Assembly: GCA_030390025.1 (NCBI GenBank)
Contig: CM059437.1
Span: 54,622,001-54,686,000, forward strand
Reading direction: 5' to 3'
DNA length: 64,000 nt
Source of the DNA: Squalus acanthias
Lineage: Eukaryota
Shown here: piece by piece, positions 58,901 to 64,000 of the stretch
Layout of the letters: every line of letters begins with the position of its first letter
How positions within the stretch are numbered: position 1 is the first letter of the stretch
Position numbers and translations under genes: made by a program
The notes under the pieces: model-generated
The model's input: the letters and a program-made list of their open reading frames with translations, nothing else
The model's database searches: none
Told to the model about the DNA's origin: nothing

Positions 58901-60764
58901 TCTGTGCTGCAACCATTCTATGATTCTAAATGGTCTAGCTCTAATTTTAAGATTATACCGTCTTGCCTTGGCTTGCCCCATACGAGAAAATAGTTTATCT
59001 GCATCTACATATCGAATTTCATAATCCTTTTAAATATCTCGATTAAATCACCCTTCAACCTTCTAAACTCAAGAGAATATAAGCCAAGTTTATGCAACCT
59101 ATCCTCATAATTTCACCCTTTAAGCCCTGGTATTATTTTGGTGAAGCTGTGCTTTACCTCTTGCAAGAGTAATATATATTTCCTGGAGTTCAGTGTATAA
59201 TTTAAACTCAGCACTCCAGATGGGGTCTGCGGAAGGATCTATAGAACTGAATCATCGCTTCATCACTTCTGACTTCCAGCCCCCTTGAGATAGAGCCCAT
59301 CATTCCATTAAACTTTTTGGTTACTTTTTGTACGTGTGCACTCCCTTTTAGTGATTTGTCTCCGTGGACACCTAAATCCCTTTGCTCCTAGTCTCTCACT
59401 ATTAAGAAAATATTCTAATTTGTCTTTCTTAGATTCAAAGTGGATGACGTTCCCACATTGAAATCCATCTGCCATAGTTTTGCCCACTCAATCTATTTAT
59501 GTCATTTTTAACTTCCTCGTCCCATCCGCACAACCGTGCCTCCTAAATTAGTGCCATCTACAAACTTGGCTATGCAGCTCGATGTTCCTTGATCTAAGTC
59601 ATTTTATATATGCTGACACGCCATCGTCACTTGGAAATATATCGCCGATCCTTCATCGTCGCTGGGTCAAAATCCTGGAACTCCCTTCCTAACAGAACTG
59701 CGGGAGTACCTTCACCACATGGACTGCAGCGGTTCAAGAAGGCGGCTCACCACCACCTTCTCAACGGCAACTAGGGATGGGCAATAAATGCTGGCCTTGC
59801 CGGCGACGCCCACATCCCATGAACGAGTAAAAAAATGCTGAGGCCCCAATATACATCCCTGGGGAATACCATTTGTCGTTTCCCGCCCATCAGTGAACGA
59901 AACATTTATACCTACTCTATATCTCCTACCTCCCAACCAATTACCAATTAGTGGCTACCTTATATTTATGTCTCCCTGTTCTAGACTCATCCACAAGTAG
60001 GAACACTTTATCTACGTTCCCCCTATCCAACTCCTTCATAATTTTAAACACCTCAATCAAGTCTCCTTTTAGCATCCTCTTTCAGAGATAAACGACCAGC
60101 CTGTATAGTTTTTCCTGATAGATGCATCCTCCAAATTCTGTTAACATCCTTCAAACTCTTTTCTGAATTCTCTCCAGTGCTTCAATGTCTTTTTTCGAGC
60201 ATGGAGACCAGAATATTGCGAAGTACTGGTGACAAAGTGTGGTCTCACCTAAGTTCTATATAAATGTAACATTACCTTTCTGCTTTTGTATTCAATTCTC
60301 TTAGAAAGATCCCCAGTACTTTGATTGCACCATTTATGAACATAACAACTTGTGCTGCTCCTTTTAGCGATTTATGCATCTGCAGTCCCAATCAGTCTGA
60401 ACAAAGTAGATTATGTACTAAAAGGATACCGAATTTGTGATTAGTGTTAAGGTGAATTTACGGAGTGCGATTCTTATCTGAGCGTCAGCGAATCTGTAGT
60501 TGAGTTGCTGCTAATATCGCTTGCTTCAATATAGCTATTATTCAGCAATGATTAACAGAATCGAGTCATTACGAAAGAAAGCATGCAATGGCAGAAATTC
60601 TACCGTGGTTGGTACGAGGTATCTAAAAGGGAGGCGGTCACAGAGTTTGTCCTGAATTTGTGTAACCAGATGATTTAGAAAAATTATAACACGTGCTTTG
60701 AATTGTTCACATAAACACACGGACACAAGGTTCAGCTTCTTCTCCACACGGAGGAATTCAGTCA

Positions 60765-61235
60765 AGTGCGGTTTAAACAGAGTGCTGCGAGTTGGGTGAG
60801 TCAGGGAGTCTGAACTGTTTGCTAAAATCAAACTTTTGTTTGTTTCACATTTACTGTTACTGTTTACTGTTTAAAATCTAAATTTCCCAGCTTTAAGCAG
60901 GGTTATAAAGGGATAAACAAGGCCTACAATTCAGAGCAGCTGAAGGCAGTTAATTAGGGGAACTTGATTAAACTGGTTCTCCTGTAGTAGGGCAGGGCCC
61001 AGCAAGCTCCTTTGTTTCAAGGCCTATAAAAACAGGCTTTGAAGTGCGATTTTGCACTGAGTGCGGTTTCAACAGAATGCTGAGAGTTGGGTGAGTCAGG
61101 GAGTCTTGTGAGGTGTGGAAGGAGGAGCTCCTTTGCTTCGCCTTTGATGGAGAGACACAGGCTGCGAGATTCTCAGCTCAGCTCAGCTCAGCGAATGAGT
61201 GTGGTTTAACCAGAGTGCTGTGAGTTGGGTGGAGG
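60765..61235 (+). repeat. Three copies of the LINE 5' module AGTGCGGTTTMAACAGARTGCTGCGAGTTGGGT(GAGTCAGGGAGT), with a TATA box before the second
   Basis: Copies start at 60766, 61061 and 61199. The same motif is at 22101 and 29494. TATAAAAA at 61025-61032. Confidence 0.85.
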
Positions 61236-61516
61236 AGCAGAAGGAGACAGCCCGAGCCACGAAGGGCAGAGTGGAGACCCTTTCCACCTCCACCACGCCT
61301 GTTGCTACTACTACCACTACTACTGCTGAGGTGCCAGAAGGGAGAGAGAGGAGAGGAGAGAGAGGAGAGGAGACCAAAGAAACAACAACAACAGAAGGAA
61401 TCCATTACATCATTGCCTCCCCAACTGGTCTCCATTACAGGAGAGGGAGAGAGGGGAGAAGAAAACCAAGACCAACATCTGCTTGGAAGGAGGGAGAGCC
61501 ATTGAGAAGAAAACAA

Positions 61517-61807
61517 CATAGAAAACATAGAAACATAGAATCTAGGAGCAGGAGTAGGCCATTCGGCCCGTCGTGCCTGCTCCACCATTCAATACGATCA
61601 TGGCTGATCATTCAAATCCAGTACCCTGTCCCTGCTTTAATCCCCACAGTACACATATCCCACCCTAGCCCTGTAACCCCACGTATTTAATTCCCCCTAA
61701 CATATCCCATCCTATCCCCATAACCCCACATATTTAATCCCCCCCCCTAACACTAAGGGTCAATTTATCATAGCCAAATTAACCTAACCCGCACATTTGT
61801 GGACCAT
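61517..61807 (-). mobile_element. B-specific short retroposon with a CR1-type 3' tail (probably a truncated SINE or CR1 chimera)
   Basis: (CATAGAAA)n tail plus a CR1 3' UTR, followed by non-CR1 body. CAT at both junctions. Absent at ~22421-22428 in A. Confidence 0.7.
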
Positions 61808-62515
61808 CTATAGGTGGGTGTTAAAAAGGGCACTCTCCAAAAGACTTTGTAGTTTAGGTGGGGGGAGGAAAGAAGGAGAAGGCCAGAACAGCAAGGGGTG
61901 TGTGTGAGTGTGTGTGGCACTTGTTAACAACTAGGCCACACACACCATCAACAAGCACCCCTTGCCTATGGCTTGACCTGGGACAGCTGGAGCTGCCCAG
62001 GCGAAGTCATCTACCTATTTCCCAATCTACAACATCGTTAAGACCTGGTGGTTGACTGAGCATGGGCATCTCCAGCTTTATTTTCCCAGGTGAAGACATC
62101 TTTTCCCCCCACCAGAAGAACGGAAAAACAACAAAGACTATAGTTAACATTGGAGAGTGCCCCCCTCCCCACCCCCTGTAAGCACCCACCCACCCAGTAT
62201 CCTGAGTAACGAAATAGCCCCTGCGGCCTCCATCCTTCCCCCCACCCCCCCCCCCCCCACCTCTCTCTCTCTGCCTCTCTCTCTGCCTCTCTCTCTCTAA
62301 CGAGGCACCTCAATCCTTTATCTATTAATTACCCATTTGAGCAGAGGGGAGAAGGCCCCTCTCCCAATTCCAATCACCAAAGGGAGAGGTGTGCCTTCAT
62401 TTTTAAAACAACCCCCTCTGCTCAGGGAAGAGACAAAAAAACAACTACCTAGGCCATTTCAACCATCACCTGGCCTGTGACTTGAGGTGAGTGTAGCCCT
62501 TTATAACACCTCATT

Positions 62516-62680
62516 ATGGCGAGCACATCATTGCCGGTGATGGGGCCAGCAAGGTCGTACGCGGGTGTGGCAGCCACGGCCACAGCCAGTCCCACTGCTT
62601 CTGCTGCCCCGTCGCCTTTCAGTTTACTGACAAAAAAGCTAGGGGTGGAGAGCCACACTCACCCCAACATGACCATAGAG
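62516..62680 (+). pseudogene. Tx1 ORF1 5' fragment (copy B), cut by a hAT end
   Basis: MASTSLPVMGPARSYAGVAATA...HPNMTIE matches 27292-27456. Similarity stops at 62680. Confidence 0.85.
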
Positions 62681-62770
62681 CAGTGGTTCCCAACCTGTGG
62701 TTCGCAGACCACCAGTGGTCCGCGAGGGTACTGCAGGTGGTCCGTGGAAAAATGGTCCAAACCTCTAAAA
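62681..62770. mobile_element. hAT/Charlie-like transposon terminus; the other end was not found in the window
   Basis: Starts CAGTGGTTCCCAACCT, a typical hAT TIR, exactly at the break in A/B colinearity. Repeated GTGGTCCG subterminal motifs. Preceded by CCATAGAG, a candidate 8-bp TSD. Confidence 0.7.
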
Positions 62771-63939
62771 TAAACGTGTCTGTTGTCTCCACAGATGTTG
62801 AATGACCAGCCGTGTGGTTCCAGTGTTGTTATTGCTGTTTAAATCTGGGTTTTGGGGATGAGCTGATGGAAGTGAAAACCTGCCGTGGATGGAGGGCGGG
62901 TTGGTTTTCTGGAAGGAGCAAATCAACTGGGGCGAAAAATCAGCTGCAGACAAATTCACCAAAATATTTCCCACCTCACTACCGCACAGCGGTAAGTACT
63001 GCTCCACTCTATCATATAAACCCAACCAGTGCCCCCTCAATTCAACAATCTTCACCAGTGCCCCCACTATTATACAACCTCAGATGTGCATATACGGAGT
63101 GTGGGTCTTTGACAGTGGGTTTTATACAACAGCAGCCGCCAGTCCTCTTGTGTTTCACTACGTAAAACTAGATGTCATAAATATAAGATCCTCAATAATA
63201 AATCCAATCGGGAATTCAGGAAAACTTGTTTATGCAAAGAGTGGTTGGAATGTGGAACACGATACCACAGGTACCAGATATCAGTGAAGGGAGCAGAGGA
63301 ATTTCAGCCGTGAGTTGTCTCCGTGGCTTAGCTGGTCGAAGAGCTTGTCTAGTATACAGGGGAGCCTGGCTTCGATTCCCAACGTGGCATTTTTTAAAGA
63401 ACAAAATATTCTCTTATAATCCCACAGAGGTTGGTTGCTTCTCGTTTGAAAGTGCTGCAATCCTTTGGGATGGGAACGGATAAAGGCACGTCACAAATAC
63501 ATATTAAAGTCTGACTGTCATTCGGCCAACATGCTAACATGTCCTCCAGTCTGCAACAGAAAGTTATCGGTTTATTAATGCCGATTAAAACAATTATTCA
63601 TCGTGATACTGCGTTTAATTATATGTTCGTGTAATTGATTTAATAAACTGCACAACTGTTTAATAAAAATCAGACCGAAAATCAAACACGTGCTCTGGTT
63701 GCACCGAATTCCAACACCTGGCCCACCAAGGAACGCTCCACCCAGCAGCTGTCAGAGCTCTAAATATACTGGGTGCATTCCCGCTAGATACAAATGTATT
63801 CCTGACATGTGTTCGATGTAAATGTTTATTATCTCTGCAAGTTACAAGTGTCTAAAGATATATCTGAATTCATTATTCATTTATTGGGACGCATCTGTCT
63901 AATTGTGAATTGAGGCAGTGCATTCCAGATCCCAACAAT

Positions 63940-64000
63940 CGAATAACTAGGGCTGTGGAGAGGGCTTTAAACTAATTAGTGGGGGGGGAGGTTTCAAGAG
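63940..64000 (+). mobile_element. CR1 fragment (ORF1 C-terminus/ORF2 junction) at the window edge
   Basis: ITRAVERALN* resembles ICRAVDRALN* of the CR1 at 47444-47480. Confidence 0.55.

Larger units (their letters stand above)
39956..62680. repeat. Segmental duplication copy B
   Basis: Colinear with 419-27460. Confidence 0.95.

Overview
Vertebrate genomic DNA, almost certainly a cartilaginous fish (shark or ray). The window holds two tandem, minus-strand immunoglobulin light-chain clusters of the lambda/type II kind, each built as octamer promoter, leader exon, one pre-joined VJ exon and a C exon. Cluster A is 8538-13663 and cluster B is 49207-53421. Both have intact splice sites and reading frames and no RSS, so they are germline-joined. 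The clusters sit in a ~39.5-40.5 kb segmental duplication (A ~419-27460, B ~39956-62680), and a third, divergent C-exon remnant lies between them (37100-37467). Most of the rest is transposon-derived. There are many CR1 LINE fragments, including one near-full-length copy and one young copy with an open 664-aa ORF2 segment, a Tx1-type LINE 5' half, a solo LTR, a hAT end, and a Penelope-type end with a decayed hammerhead. There is also a whole PIF/Harbinger family: one 4196-bp element with DDE transposase plus spliced Myb/SANT gene, five ~0.9-kb non-autonomous copies and two older fossils. Because A and B are paralogous, filled and empty insertion sites can be read directly. The most notable unexplained signals are four. 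(1) A TATA-linked ~45-nt 5' module starts both the CR1 and the Tx1 element. (2) Harbinger copies repeatedly land in CR1 3' octamer tails and form a ~1.8-kb palindrome. (3) The non-autonomous copies keep two convergent promoters, and one sits inside the J-C intron. (4) A perfect 25-bp inverted repeat brackets a highly conserved block of the J-C intron in both clusters. All coordinates were read by eye and no searches were run.
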